DNA of 64,000 nucleotides from an uncultured Chloroflexia bacterium. Its GTDB lineage: Bacteria > Chloroflexota > Dehalococcoidia > DSTF01 > WHTK01. The stretch's first letter is position 1; each line of letters begins with the position of its first letter. A program made the position numbers and the translations under genes. Below, one piece after another: positions 8,287 to 18,599 of the stretch. The stretch is from NCBI GenBank assembly GCA_963711035.1, contig CAVQCN010000003.1, positions 398,290 to 462,289 of the forward strand. The letters are read 5' to 3'. The notes beneath the pieces were generated by a model that worked only from the letters and a program-made list of their open reading frames with translations, made no database searches and had not been told where the DNA came from.

Positions 8287-9147
8287 TCAGGTAGTGGCGA
8301 CGAGAAATTCTTCCGCGTTGTTCGGCGGACGCAGGCCATCGGCTCGGCCGGCAAAGTAGCGTTCGGTGAGAGAGGCCGCCGAAACGTGCTCGGCGTGTCG
8401 AAAACCGGCCTCTCGGGCCAGCGTCAGTATTTCGTCCGGTGTGAAGAAGCTGATGAACGGCGTCCCGCTGGCCCGCGCGCCCTGCGCCGCACCCTGGATC
8501 CCCGGACGCGCTGCCGACTCCGCCAGCTCGAACGGCAGCAGGAACGACATGGCGAACGTCGACCCCGGCGCCAGAGTCGCAAGCTGGCGCAGCGTTGCCG
8601 CGTTCGCCTCCTTGGTCAGGTACATGCTCACGCCCGTCGACGCCACGACCGCCGGCTGCCCAGCGTCGAAGCCGGCAGCGAGCAGTCGTTCCCACCAGCC
8701 TTCGCCCGCCTCGAAGTCGACCGGCACGAAGCGCAGCCACTCCGGGACGCCGAAGCCGAGTTCGATGAGGCGCTGGCGCTTCCAGGCCTGAGGACCAGGC
8801 TCGTCCACCTCGAACAGGTGCAGGCGGGAGGCGATCTCCGGCCGTCGCTGCGCGAACGTGTCCAGACCCGCTCCGAGGATCACGTACTGGCCGACGCCAC
8901 GACCCGCCTGCTCCTCGACCAGGTCTTCAATGAAACGGGCGCGGGCCACGATGGAGGCGCGAAACTGGCTCGTCCCCTGGGGATGCATGTCGCCGCGTTG
9001 ACGCCAGCCCTCCTCCGGCGCCACCAGGGTCAGCCCGATCTCGTCCTCGATGACGTGCGGCGGCGCATCGACCTCGACGTGCAGGGCTCGCCACAGGGCG
9101 ACTCTCACGGCCGTGCTTTCGGGGGCCACCTCTTCCTTGTCAGGCAT
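8287..9147 (-). CDS. Class I SAM-dependent methyltransferase, leucine carboxyl methyltransferase / TcmP-like family
   Basis: 286 aa. VILGAGLDT SAM-binding motif. Family typical of the Mycobacterium-like 'putative S-adenosyl-L-methionine-dependent methyltransferase' (LCM family). Confidence 0.7.
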   Translation of the reverse strand: MPDKEEVAPESTAVRVALWRALHVEVDAPPHVIEDEIGLTLVAPEEGWRQRGDMHPQGTSQFRASIVARARFIEDLVEEQAGRGVGQYVILGAGLDTFAQRRPEIASRLHLFEVDEPGPQAWKRQRLIELGFGVPEWLRFVPVDFEAGEGWWERLLAAGFDAGQPAVVASTGVSMYLTKEANAATLRQLATLAPGSTFAMSFLLPFELAESAARPGIQGAAQGARASGTPFISFFTPDEILTLAREAGFRHAEHVSAASLTERYFAGRADGLRPPNNAEEFLVATT

Positions 9148-9511
9148 GATGCTGGCCTCCGGAACCGTCCGTCTTACCCGGCGCCTGCAGGTTCCAGAGG
9201 TGCCCGTCGGGGTCGCGGACGATCATTTCTCTGGTTCCGTAATGGGTGTCCTCGAACGGCGTCACCACCTCGATGGCGGAGTCGGGACGAAACGCGGCAG
9301 CATCCGGCACCTTCAGGACGATCTGCATCCGCGTCTCCTGGTTTTCGGGCACTTCGGCGATGAAGACGTACGGGCCGTCGCCGTTCTTGAGCTGACCGGA
9401 GTCATGGTCGGTCTCGAACTCCAACTCGAAGCCCAGCGCCTGAAAGAACTTTGCTGCCTTGCCCCAGTTGTGAGTCTCCAGGAACACGGCCTCAATGCCC
9501 TCGGTCGTCAT
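9140..9511 (-). CDS. VOC (glyoxalase/bleomycin-resistance) family protein
   Basis: 123 aa with a VOC-fold sequence pattern. Overlaps its neighbours by 8 nt and 4 nt, so it is operonic. Confidence 0.65.
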   Translation of the reverse strand: MTTEGIEAVFLETHNWGKAAKFFQALGFELEFETDHDSGQLKNGDGPYVFIAEVPENQETRMQIVLKVPDAAAFRPDSAIEVVTPFEDTHYGTREMIVRDPDGHLWNLQAPGKTDGSGGQHHA

Positions 9512-9693
9512 GTCCTCTCTCCTTCTTCAGACGATTCCTGCTGCTTCCTGTGGGTGTCGTCGAGGTAGGCGCGCAGCGCATCGGCAACCAATGCCGAGAG
9601 GGACAGACCCGACTCGATGGAGTAGTGCTTGACCTGCTTGATCAGACTGATCGGCAGGTACACGTTGAACTGCTTGACCTCTTCGTCACTCAC
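9508..9693 (-). CDS. Ribbon-helix-helix (CopG-like) small DNA-binding protein
   Basis: 61 aa; [37 protein letters not shown] is RHH-like. Confidence 0.5.
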   Translation of the reverse strand: MSDEEVKQFNVYLPISLIKQVKHYSIESGLSLSALVADALRAYLDDTHRKQQESSEEGERT

Positions 9694-9784
9694 GGCGCTA
9701 GTATGCTAGCAAACTAGCTTGACGGCAAGCAACGCCCTTGGAGGCCGATTCTCCATTCAATCCGAACGGTAGAACGCCGGTTCC

Positions 9785-10384
9785 CTACCCGAGCGCTTCT
9801 TTCGTGCTCGGCGTCTGGCCGGCGCGGCGCGGGTCGATGCGCGTGGCGTTGCAGAGGGCGCGCCCCAGCGCTTTCGCCATCGCCTCGGCTTTGTGGTGGT
9901 CGTTGACGCCGGCGAGGATGCGCGCGTGCAGGTTGAAGCGGCCCTCGTCTGCCAGCGACTGCAGGAAGTGCTCGACGAGGTCGCAGGGCAGCTCGCCGAC
10001 GCTGACGCCGGACCACGAGACGCCGATCACGGCGTAGCCGCGGCCTGAGAGGTCGACGGCCACCTGCGCCAGAGCTTCGTCCAGCGGCACGAGCGCGTCG
10101 GCCATGCGCACGATGCCGCGGCCGTCGCCGACCGCCGCGGCCAGCGACCGCCCCAGGGCAATGCCAACGTCTTCGGTCGTGTGGTGCGGGTCGATGTGCA
10201 GGTCGCCGGTGGCCTTGACGCTGATGTCAAAGATGCCGTGGCGCGCGATCTGCGAGACGATATGGTCGAGCATGCCGATGCCCGTCGAGATGTCGGCCTG
10301 GCCGCTGCCGTCCAGGTCCCAGGTGACCTCGACGCTGGTCTCGCGCGTCTCGCGTTTGTAGGTGCCGGTGCGTTCTGATGCCAT
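9785..10384 (-). CDS. hisB: Imidazoleglycerol-phosphate dehydratase
   Basis: 199 aa; conserved HisB motifs (TRETSVEV, DPHHTTED, GINDHH). Confidence 0.9.
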   Translation of the reverse strand: MASERTGTYKRETRETSVEVTWDLDGSGQADISTGIGMLDHIVSQIARHGIFDISVKATGDLHIDPHHTTEDVGIALGRSLAAAVGDGRGIVRMADALVPLDEALAQVAVDLSGRGYAVIGVSWSGVSVGELPCDLVEHFLQSLADEGRFNLHARILAGVNDHHKAEAMAKALGRALCNATRIDPRRAGQTPSTKEALG

Positions 10385-10435
10385 AGTCGTACTAGAGTCG
10401 CCGTACGGGCGCGAAAACGCAATCGGTCATTTCGC

Positions 10436-11545
10436 CTAATACCCTGCCCTGACGCTGGCGACAGCCTCGCGCAGGGCGGCAAGCACACGGTCCGTCTGCT
10501 CGGGCCGGCCAACGCTGAAGCGCAGGTGGTTCTGCAGTAGCGGCGTATCGAAGTAGCGCACCATGATGCCTCGATCCATCAGCGCCGTCTGCAGCCGCTT
10601 CGCCTCGACGCCGTCGATGCGGCAGAGGATGAAGTTAGCGCGTGACGGATACACCGTGAACCCGGTCAGCAGCGCCAGCCCCTCCGCCAGGCGCTCGCGC
10701 TCGGTCTGCACCGCCGCGACGCGCTCCTGCAGCAGCGCCAGGTCTTCGAAGCTGGCCAGGGTCGCCACTTCGGCCGCGACGTTGATGCTGTAGGGCTGCT
10801 TGATGCGCATCGCGATCTCGGCGACGGCCGGATCGCAGATCATGTAGCCGATGCGCAGACCGGCGAGGCCTGCCCACTTGCTCAGCGTACGGATGATGAT
10901 CAGGTTTGAGCGCTCTCGTACCAGGTTGACGTAGCTCTCACCGGCGTACTCGGCGTAAGCCTCGTCGACCACGACAGGCAGGCCGGTGGCGAGCAGCGCC
11001 TCCAGCTCCTGACGAGTCAGCAGGTTGCCGGTCGGGTTGTTGGGTGAGACGGCGAAGATCAGGCGTGTGCCCTGCGCCGCATCGAGCGACGCCTCGATGT
11101 CCAGCGCGAAGTCCTCGCGGCGCGTGACGTGAACCGCCTCCTGGCCCAGCGTGCCGGCGAGGAAGGAGTACATGCCGAACGTGGGCGGGAAGTCGAGCAG
11201 CGCCTGTCCGGGGCCGACGAAGAGGCGGCAGCAGAGCTCGATGAGCTCATCGCTGCCCGCGCCGGGCACGATCCACTCGGGGCCGTAGCCAACATAACGG
11301 CCCACAACCTCCCGCAGCCGCATCTGCTCCGGATCGGGGTAGATGTGGTAGCTGCGGTAGGCCGCCAGCGCTTCGAGCGCCTTCGGGGCCGGACCGTAGG
11401 GGTTCTCGTTGGCGTCCAGCTTGTCGATGCGCTCTACCGACACACCCAGGCGCGAGGCGAGCGCCTCCGGCGGCTGAACGGGTACGTAGGGCGGCGCCGA
11501 CAGTAGATGCGGCTGTACGAGATCGAGGAGACGGTCCGAGCTCAT
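10436..11545 (-). CDS. hisC: Histidinol-phosphate aminotransferase
   Basis: 369 aa; class II aminotransferase (LDANENPYGP, KW pyridoxal-lysine region). Confidence 0.9.
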   Translation of the reverse strand: MSSDRLLDLVQPHLLSAPPYVPVQPPEALASRLGVSVERIDKLDANENPYGPAPKALEALAAYRSYHIYPDPEQMRLREVVGRYVGYGPEWIVPGAGSDELIELCCRLFVGPGQALLDFPPTFGMYSFLAGTLGQEAVHVTRREDFALDIEASLDAAQGTRLIFAVSPNNPTGNLLTRQELEALLATGLPVVVDEAYAEYAGESYVNLVRERSNLIIIRTLSKWAGLAGLRIGYMICDPAVAEIAMRIKQPYSINVAAEVATLASFEDLALLQERVAAVQTERERLAEGLALLTGFTVYPSRANFILCRIDGVEAKRLQTALMDRGIMVRYFDTPLLQNHLRFSVGRPEQTDRVLAALREAVASVRAGY

Positions 11546-12871
11546 TGCGGCAGGCGCTCTTCGATGGCGCGCGCGTGGCCGACGAAGCCCTCGGCGCGGG
11601 CGATGACGGCGCCGGCCGGGCCGAGGTCGAAGACGCCATCGGAGCTGAGGTCGATGACGGTGCTGAACTTGAGGAAGTCCTGCACGCTGAGCGGCGACGC
11701 GAAGCGCGCGGCGCCGCCCGTCGGCATGACGTGGCTGGGTCCCGCCGTGTAGTCGCCGATCGCTTCCGGCGACCCGTCGCCGATGAAGACGCCGCCGGCG
11801 TTGCGCACCAGGCCTGCCAAGCGGTGCGCGTCTTGCGCCAGGATGCAGAGGTGCTCGGGCGCGTACTCGCTGGCCAGCTCGACCGCCTCTTCGATGGTCG
11901 CGGCCACGACGGCTCCGCCACGATTGGCGAAGGCGGCACTGGCCACATTGCGTCGCGGCAGCACGGCAATGCGCTGCTCCAGCTCGGCGGCGACGTTGTC
12001 AGCCAGCTCCCGCGAGTTCGTTATGAAGATGGGCGAGGCGAGCTCGTCGTGCTCTGCCTGCGCCAGCAAGTCGGCGGCGCACAGCGCCGGGTCGGCCGTC
12101 TCGTCCGCCACGACCACCGTCTCCGTGGGGCCGTAGAGCGAATCGATGCCCACATCGCCGAAGACGGCGCGCTTGGCCAGCGTCACAAAGATGTTGCCGG
12201 GTCCGCAGAATCTTGTCGACGCGCGGGAAGCTCTCCGTGCCGTAGGCGAGCGCCGCGACGGCCTGGGCGCCGCTGGCCGCGAAGACGCGGTCGGCGCCGG
12301 CCATGGCGGCTGCTGCCAGCTTGACCGGCGGCACGACGCCGTCCGGCCCCGCCGGGCTGACCAGGACGAGGTTCTCGACGCCGGCGACCTTGGCCGGGAT
12401 CAGCGTGTGCAAGACGGAGGACGGGTACACCGTCAAAGTGCCGGGGGCGTAGACGCCGACGTTGCGGATGGCGCGCACCTGCACGCCCAGGCCCTCGTCG
12501 ACGTAGGAGGCGAGCACGCGGCGCATCTGCCCCTCGTGGTAGCGGCGCACGCGGCCGGCCGCGAACTCCAGCGCGTCGCGCAGCTGCGGCTCGATGGCGT
12601 CGACGGCGGCCTCGACCTCGGCGCGCGGGATCTCGAAGCGCGGGTACGGGAAGCCATCGAAGACCTCGCAGTAGCGGCGCACGGCCGCGTCACCCTCGCG
12701 ACGCACATCGGCGATGATGCGCTGCACGCTCTGGCCAGCGGTAAGCTCCTCGCCAAAGACGGCCGCGGTCATCGAGCGGCCCGCTTCGCCCAGCTCAAGC
12801 TCGGATGCTGCGCCGCGGCGCAGGATGGTGCGTCGTGCTTCGTCGGCGCCGACGAAGATACGCAGCGTCAT
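11542..12871 (-). CDS. hisD: Histidinol dehydrogenase, interrupted by an apparent 1-nt insertion frameshift near 12196-12210
   Basis: Track ORFs 11999..12871 (N-part, ...AQAVAALAYGTESFPRVDKI) and 11542..12186 (C-part, TLAKRAVFGDVGID...) are adjacent frames. The expected ...DKI(L)GPGNIFVTLAKR... is recovered by removing one base from attctgCggaccc. Confidence 0.8.
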
Positions 12872-12941
12872 AGCGCGCCGCCATCTCGAACGGCGCAGGC
12901 GCTGGTCGGAGCCGGGCCTGGTCGTAGCGCTGTGATAGGGC

Positions 12942-13886
12942 TTACTCGATGATCTTGTTCAACGGGTACTCGACGATACCGTGGGCGCCCGCCTTCTTCA
13001 GCCGGGGCACGATCACGTGAACGAGGTCCTCGAGGACGATCGTCGTGACGTCCACCCACGCCGGGTCGGAGAGCGAGGCGACGGTGGGCTTGTCGAGGGC
13101 GGGCAGGATGGCGAGGACGCTGTCCAGATCGTCTCGCGCGACGTTCATCGAGAGCCAGACCTTGCCTTCGGCCGCGAGCGCGCCGCTGAGCATCAAGGCA
13201 ACGTCCTCGATCTTCTGACGTTTCCAGTCGTCCTGCATGGCCTGCGGGCTGGCAATGAGACGAGGCCTGCTCTCGATGACGGTGTCGATGATGCGGAGAC
13301 CGTTGGCCCGCAGAGAGTTCCCGGTGACCGTCGCCTCCATGATCGCGTCGGCGAGGAGCGGAACTTTGACCTCCGTGGCGCCGTACGAGTACTCGACGAG
13401 GGCGTTGACGCCACGCGCTTCGAGAAACTCTCTTGTCAGCGACACCAGCTCCGTGGCAATCCTCTTGCCTTCGAGGTCGCGCACCTCGTGGACGGGGGAG
13501 TCATTCGGCACACAGAGCACCCAGCGCGTGAAGAAGCCGCTGGTCTTCGAGTTGACCTCGAGGATCTCGACTACGTTTGCTTTGGCCTCGCGAATGAGGT
13601 CCAGGCCCGTGAAGCCCGCGTCGATGAGGCCGTCCTGGATGTAGCGGGGCTGCTCTTGCGGCCTCACCAGCATGCACTCCATTTCGGGGTCGTCGACGCT
13701 GGGATGATAGGAACGGCTGGATACATTCATGTTGTAGCCGGCTTTGCGGAACAAGTCCACAGCCGCCTGCTGCAGGTTGCCGTTGGGAATGGCCAACCGG
13801 ATCCGCCGGGACTCCACGATGCGTTCCTCGTAGAAAAAAGAGCGCCTGCCGAGTGGCAGGCTGCCAGGGTACTGCCTTTCGCACAT
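12942..13886 (-). CDS. hisG: ATP phosphoribosyltransferase, long form
   Basis: ~300 aa with catalytic and C-terminal regulatory domains. The true start is probably a few codons inside the track ORF (RIRLAIPNGNL...). Confidence 0.85.
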   Translation of the reverse strand: MCERQYPGSLPLGRRSFFYEERIVESRRIRLAIPNGNLQQAAVDLFRKAGYNMNVSSRSYHPSVDDPEMECMLVRPQEQPRYIQDGLIDAGFTGLDLIREAKANVVEILEVNSKTSGFFTRWVLCVPNDSPVHEVRDLEGKRIATELVSLTREFLEARGVNALVEYSYGATEVKVPLLADAIMEATVTGNSLRANGLRIIDTVIESRPRLIASPQAMQDDWKRQKIEDVALMLSGALAAEGKVWLSMNVARDDLDSVLAILPALDKPTVASLSDPAWVDVTTIVLEDLVHVIVPRLKKAGAHGIVEYPLNKIIE

Positions 13887-13999
13887 AGTACCGCAGCCCC
13901 TCAGGAGCGTCCAACTGAGGTGACGGTCCGTCGTTGCGGGGAGCGGCAGCGACGAAGCAATCCCGGGCTCGGCGGCGTTATCTCTCAGACGGAGCGTTG

Positions 14000-14037
14000 T
14001 CCGAGGGGAGATTCTTCGCTCCGCTCAGAATGACAGC
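14000..14037 (-). repeat. Copy B of the ~38-nt interspersed repeat (upstream of hisG, downstream of purC)
   Basis: The reverse complement reads TGTCATTCTGAGCGGAGCGAAGAATCTCCCCTCGGAC. Confidence 0.8.
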
Positions 14038-14087
14038 GCTGGTGGCGGCGGCCGGCCTTGCCCGACTGCACGATTGCGGCCGCCGCG

Positions 14088-14987
14088 CTAGAACCGCAGC
14101 AGCTCGCGGCCGGTGAGGCGCCGGTAGGCCTCGTGGTAGCGCTCGCTGGTCTTGAGGACGATGTCGTCGGGAAGGGTGGGCGGCGGCGGCTCGCGGTTCC
14201 AGCCTGAGTCGAGCAGCCAGTTGCGTACGAACTGCTTGTCGAAGCTGGGCTGTGATCGGCCCGTCTCGTACTGGTCGGCGGGCCAGAAGCGGGACGAGTC
14301 CGGCGTCAGCATCTCGTCGATGATGATCGGCTCGCCGTCGACGATGCCGAACTCGAGTTTCGTGTCGGCGATGATGATGCCGCGCTCGCGGGCGTACTGC
14401 AGGGCGTACTTGTAGATCGCCAGCGTGCGGATACGGATGGCGTTGGCGACCTCGGCGCCGACGAGGTCGATCAGCTCATCCGAGCTCATGTTCGTGTCGT
14501 GGCCAACTTCTGCTTTCGTCGTCGGTGTGAACAGCGGCTCCGGGAACGCCTCCGATTCGACCATGCCGGCCGGCATGCGCAGGCCGCAGACGCGCCCCGT
14601 CTCCTGATACTCGGCCCATGCTGAGCCCGTGAGGTAGCCCCGCGCGATGCACTCCACGTCGAGGCGCTGTGCCTTGCGCACGATCGTGCTGCGGCCGAGC
14701 AGCTCCGGCGGCAGCGCGAAGGGGAGCTCGTCTGCCTCGGAGCCGTCGGCGAGGCGCAGGAAGTGATTCGGCACCACGTCCTCGGTGAGCTGGAACCAGA
14801 AGGCAGACATCTGGCTGAGCACGGCGCCCTTGTCCGGGATGCCGTTGGGCAGGATGGAATCGAAAGCGGAGATGCGGTCCGTGGCGACGATCAGCAGGCG
14901 GCCATCGCCGAGGTCGTACGTGTCGCGCACCTTGCCGCGGTATGTGCGGTCGGGCAGCTCGGTGTCAAGCAGGACTTGCGGGCTCAT
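14088..14987 (-). CDS. purC: Phosphoribosylaminoimidazole-succinocarboxamide synthase (SAICAR synthetase)
   Basis: 299 aa; typical PurC N-terminal (YRGKVRDTYDLGDGRLLIVATDRISAFD) and ATP-grasp-like motifs. Confidence 0.9.
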   Translation of the reverse strand: MSPQVLLDTELPDRTYRGKVRDTYDLGDGRLLIVATDRISAFDSILPNGIPDKGAVLSQMSAFWFQLTEDVVPNHFLRLADGSEADELPFALPPELLGRSTIVRKAQRLDVECIARGYLTGSAWAEYQETGRVCGLRMPAGMVESEAFPEPLFTPTTKAEVGHDTNMSSDELIDLVGAEVANAIRIRTLAIYKYALQYARERGIIIADTKLEFGIVDGEPIIIDEMLTPDSSRFWPADQYETGRSQPSFDKQFVRNWLLDSGWNREPPPPTLPDDIVLKTSERYHEAYRRLTGRELLRF

Positions 14988-15777
14988 TGTCGGACACTGC
15001 TTTCTTTGCTTTGAGATCGTAGAACATCAGCGTCGCCGAGACGGCGAGGAACGAAAACGTCGCCAGGTTGGGCAGTGACGAGAACAGGATACCACCGATA
15101 CCCGGTATCGCTGCCTGCAGGATGCCCGCCAGCAGGCTGGTCGGGATGCCGATGACGAGGCCTACCACCGCCGATCGGCCGAAGGTGCGCCACCAGTTGT
15201 CCTTGACCAGCGCTGCGCTGTAGGCGAGCGCATCGCGGCCCTTCTGACCGTCGATCATGATCGCCTGGATCAGGAACAGCCAGCAGATGCCGCGGTGGAT
15301 GGCGAAGACGATGCCCGCACCGATGATGATGGAGGCGAAAACGACGCCAACCCAGCCCAGCGTGACCACGAGAGCCAGCCCCGCGCCGAGACAGCCCAGC
15401 ACGACGAACATGATGATGGCGAGCGCCTTGAACTCCGCCAGCATGAGGTCCGCGAAGTGGTCCTGGGCGGCGTCGAGCGCGTCGCCGACCGAGGTCTCCT
15501 TGCGCTGGTCGAGCTGCAGCAGGCGAAAGCAGACACCGGCCGTCACCAGCTGCTCCGCCGCAAAGAGAAAGGGCAGGCCGCCGAGGAAGATGGCCTCAAT
15601 CAGGACGGTGTTTTCCTGTCTCGGAAGCTGAGCAAGCAGCTGCGTCGCCAGGCTGACGAGCAGTGCCGGCGCCACGATCATGAAGAGCGAGGGCATGTCG
15701 CCGAAGAACATGGCGAACGAGTCCTGGATCAGCTCGCCGAGCGGTCGCTGCCGGTTGAGCAGTGGGCGTGGATTCAT
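14965..15777 (-). CDS. Hypothetical polytopic membrane protein
   Basis: 270 aa with multiple TM segments and no recognisable family. Overlaps the purC start by 23 nt. Confidence 0.5.
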   Translation of the reverse strand: MNPRPLLNRQRPLGELIQDSFAMFFGDMPSLFMIVAPALLVSLATQLLAQLPRQENTVLIEAIFLGGLPFLFAAEQLVTAGVCFRLLQLDQRKETSVGDALDAAQDHFADLMLAEFKALAIIMFVVLGCLGAGLALVVTLGWVGVVFASIIIGAGIVFAIHRGICWLFLIQAIMIDGQKGRDALAYSAALVKDNWWRTFGRSAVVGLVIGIPTSLLAGILQAAIPGIGGILFSSLPNLATFSFLAVSATLMFYDLKAKKAVSDNEPASPA

Positions 15778-15838
15778 GTGCGAGTCTCCCTGCGGATTCT
15801 CGCAGATGCCGGCGGCCGGGGTCGAGGCGGGTTCGGGG

Positions 15839-17194
15839 TCAGGCTTCGAGGAGGCCGACGCGGGCGAAGCTCTTGTCGACCTCGCGGGTGAAGTAGCCGT
15901 AGTCGAAGAGGGCGTCGAGCTCGGCCGGCGTCAGCAGCTTCTGCACGGCGGACTGCTCGCCGATCGTCTCGCGGAAGGGGCGCCGCTCGGCCAGCGCCTG
16001 GTGGGCGGCGTACTGGACAATGGGGTAGGCGGTCTGGCGCGCCATATCCTTCTCGACCAGCGTGAGCAGCACGCGCTGCGAGAAGACGACGCCGTGGGTC
16101 AGATTCATGTTCTCCAGCATGCGCTGCGGATAGACGACCAGCCCCCGCACGATGCCGGTGAACAGCGTCAGCATGTAATCCAGCGCCAGGCAGGAGTCCG
16201 GGATGATGACGCGCTCGACGGACGACTGGCTGATGTCCCGCTCGTGCCAGAGGGCGACATTCTCAAGGGCGGCGTTGGCGTTGGCGCGGAGGATACGGGC
16301 CAGGCCGCAGATGCGCTCGCACTTCTCAGGGTTGCGCTTGTGCGGCATCGAGCTGGAGCCCTGCTGGTGCAGGCCGGAGGTCGAGCCGCCCTCGATGGGG
16401 CGCAGGTGCAGGTCCATGCCGCCGGTGCTGAACGGCTCCTCGGCTTCGCCGACCTCGGTGCGCTGCAGGTGACGGATCTCGGTGGCGAAGCGCTCCAGCG
16501 AGGCGCCGATCAGGGCCAGCGTCTGCAGGTAATGGGCGTGGCGGTCACGCGAGACGATCTGGGTGCTGACCTTGTCGACGCCGAGGCCGATGCGCTCGCA
16601 GACGCGCTCTTCCAGCTCCGGTGGCACCGTCGCGTGGCTACCCACCGGCCCGCTGAGCTTGCCAACGGCGATGTCTGCGCGCGCAGCTTCCAGGCGCTCC
16701 CGGCCGCGGCGCACCTCGTCGAGCCAATTGATCAGCTTGAGGCCGAAAGTGATGGGCTCGGCGTGCATGCCGTGCGTGCGGCCCATGCAGATCGTGTCCT
16801 TGTACTCGAGGGCACGAGAGGCGATCGCCGCGTCGAGCTGCTGCAGGTCTTCGGCGATAAGCTCGGCGGCCTCGACCATGCGCAGGGCGGTGGCCGGGTC
16901 CTCCGTGTCGTACGAGGTGAGGCCGAGGTGCAGCCAGCGCTGCTCCTCGCCCAGGCTGTCGTTCACGGAGCGCAGGAATGCATTCATGTCGTGGTGCATC
17001 TCGCGCTCGTAGCGGTCAATGTCCTCGACACGGAAGGAGGCGTTGCGGGCGATCTTGTCGGCGTCCTCGCGCGGCACGGCTCCGAGGTCGGCCCAGGCCT
17101 GTACGGCCGCGATCTCCACCTTGAGCCAGGAGGCGAACTTGTTCTCCTCCGACCAGATGCGGGCCATTTCGGGACGGGAATATCGGGATATCAC
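15839..17194 (-). CDS. purB: Adenylosuccinate lyase
   Basis: 451 aa; fumarase/lyase class II signature (GSSSMPHKRNP). Confidence 0.9.
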   Translation of the reverse strand: MISRYSRPEMARIWSEENKFASWLKVEIAAVQAWADLGAVPREDADKIARNASFRVEDIDRYEREMHHDMNAFLRSVNDSLGEEQRWLHLGLTSYDTEDPATALRMVEAAELIAEDLQQLDAAIASRALEYKDTICMGRTHGMHAEPITFGLKLINWLDEVRRGRERLEAARADIAVGKLSGPVGSHATVPPELEERVCERIGLGVDKVSTQIVSRDRHAHYLQTLALIGASLERFATEIRHLQRTEVGEAEEPFSTGGMDLHLRPIEGGSTSGLHQQGSSSMPHKRNPEKCERICGLARILRANANAALENVALWHERDISQSSVERVIIPDSCLALDYMLTLFTGIVRGLVVYPQRMLENMNLTHGVVFSQRVLLTLVEKDMARQTAYPIVQYAAHQALAERRPFRETIGEQSAVQKLLTPAELDALFDYGYFTREVDKSFARVGLLEA

Positions 17195-17287
17195 AGCTTA
17201 GTCTACTCCGGCGCTGAGGAGCCGAACAACGGCGGGACGACATCGGGCAACCGGGCAGTCCGGCAACGACGTCGCATCATCCGCCAG

Positions 17288-17460
17288 CGTTGTCATTCTG
17301 AGCGGAGCGAAGAATCTCCCTCGGTCACGGCTCGACCGACCGAGATGCCGCTTCTCGCATGACGAAGGGCGGCGTTGTCATTCTGAGCGGAGCGAAGAAT
17401 CTCCCCGGACGACGCGCCGCCCGTGAGACGGCGGCCCCGACCGAGATTGCTTCGTCGCTA
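17288..17460 (+). repeat. Two tandem ~85-bp units, each the ~38-nt repeat core (C1 17288-17326, C2 17373-17410) followed by a variable hairpin
   Basis: Cores CGTTGTCATTCTGAGCGGAGCGAAGAATCTCCC(TCGGTC / CGGAC). Each is followed by CGACCGAGAT(T)GC... containing short hairpins (CTTCTCG...CGAAG, CTTCGTC...GACGAAG). Confidence 0.75.
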
Positions 17461-17491
17461 TCGCTCCTCGCAAGGACGAAGGACGACGCTC

Positions 17492-18570
17492 CTACTCCTG
17501 CGCGATCGTCACACGTCGCCCCGTCTTCGCCGACTCACGCACGGCATCGAGGATCTGCTGGTTGCGCCAGCCGTCGTAGAAGTTCGGCGCGCGTGACGTG
17601 CCGGTCTCGATCCCCCTGAGGAAATCGCGCACCTGGAGGCGGAAAGGCGGCAGCCGCTCGTCGCGCTCGTCCACGATCGGACCCAGGCGGGCCGGCACCT
17701 CGAGGTCGTGGCGCTCGCTCTCGCCCGCCTTTGCGCCGCTGAGGCTGCCGTGGGCCGGAGGGTTGGGGCCGACCTGGGGTGCGAAGATCGTGCCCGCGTC
17801 GCCGTAGATTTCCACCGAGGCGGCGGAGGGGAAGAGGCCGGAGCGGCTGGAAATCATCTGGGCGGAGCCGCCCTTCACGAAGTTCAGCGTGAACGTGAAG
17901 GTGTCATCATCGAAGGCATCGACGGCCTCGTCCCGAGAAAGGTTCTGCGAGTAGTTCGAGAGCTCGCCGCTGACAGACTCGACCTCGCCGAACCAGTCGC
18001 GCAGGCAGTCGATGTAGTGGGAGCCGAGCCCGAAGAGCATGCCGCCGCCGGGCACACCGCCCATCCGGCGAGGCGGCTGGTTCGGGTTGGGCGGCGGAAA
18101 GTTGAGAAGCAGCTTCATCAGGCAGAAGCGCAGGTTGCCGACGTACCCGGCGTCGATCAGCTCCTTGGCGGCGCTGCGGCCGGAGGAGTAGCGGAACTCG
18201 TGGGCGATGACCGCCGTCAGGCCGCTTGCCTCCGCGGCGTCGTACATCTCGCGTGCCTCGGTCTCGTCCACGGCGAAGGGCTTCTCGCAGATGATGTGCT
18301 TCTTCGCGGCGATCGCCTTCATCACCATCTCGTGATGGAGGTTGGCGGGCGTGACGATGCTGACGGCGTCGAGTCCGTCCAGCTTCAGCATCGCGTCGTA
18401 GTCGGTGAAGGTGTGCGGGATGTTGAACTTCTTCGCTGCTTCCTCGGCGCGCTCCGGCCGGCGCGTGCAAACGGCGACGACTTCGAGGCCCTCCGACTGA
18501 AATGCGGGGATGTGGACGGTCGCGCCGAAGCCGACGCCGGCGACGCCGATCTTGAGGCTGTCGCGTGTCA
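17492..18570 (-). CDS. Gfo/Idh/MocA family NAD(P)-dependent oxidoreductase
   Basis: Starts at MTRDSLKIGVAGVGFGA... (Rossmann fold), with the EKP motif. The 150-aa N-extension in the track is rejected as low-complexity with no RBS. The start coordinate is approximate (within 1 nt). Confidence 0.75.
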
Positions 18571-18599
18571 TGTTGCGGTCCCTTCTTGCTAGGAGTTGT

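Noticed and set aside
8041-9363. 440-aa + strand ORF
   Set aside because: Antisense to the methyltransferase and VOC genes; R/A/P-rich with no domain.
15680-17362. 560-aa + strand ORF
   Set aside because: Antisense shadow of purB.
7771-17410. Tested whether the 38-nt repeat is a ZTP (pfl) riboswitch or a PurR/PurBox operator
   Set aside because: It lacks the ZTP pseudoknot consensus and the E. coli/B. subtilis PurR palindromes, and orientation relative to genes is inconsistent. Left as an unclassified repeat.
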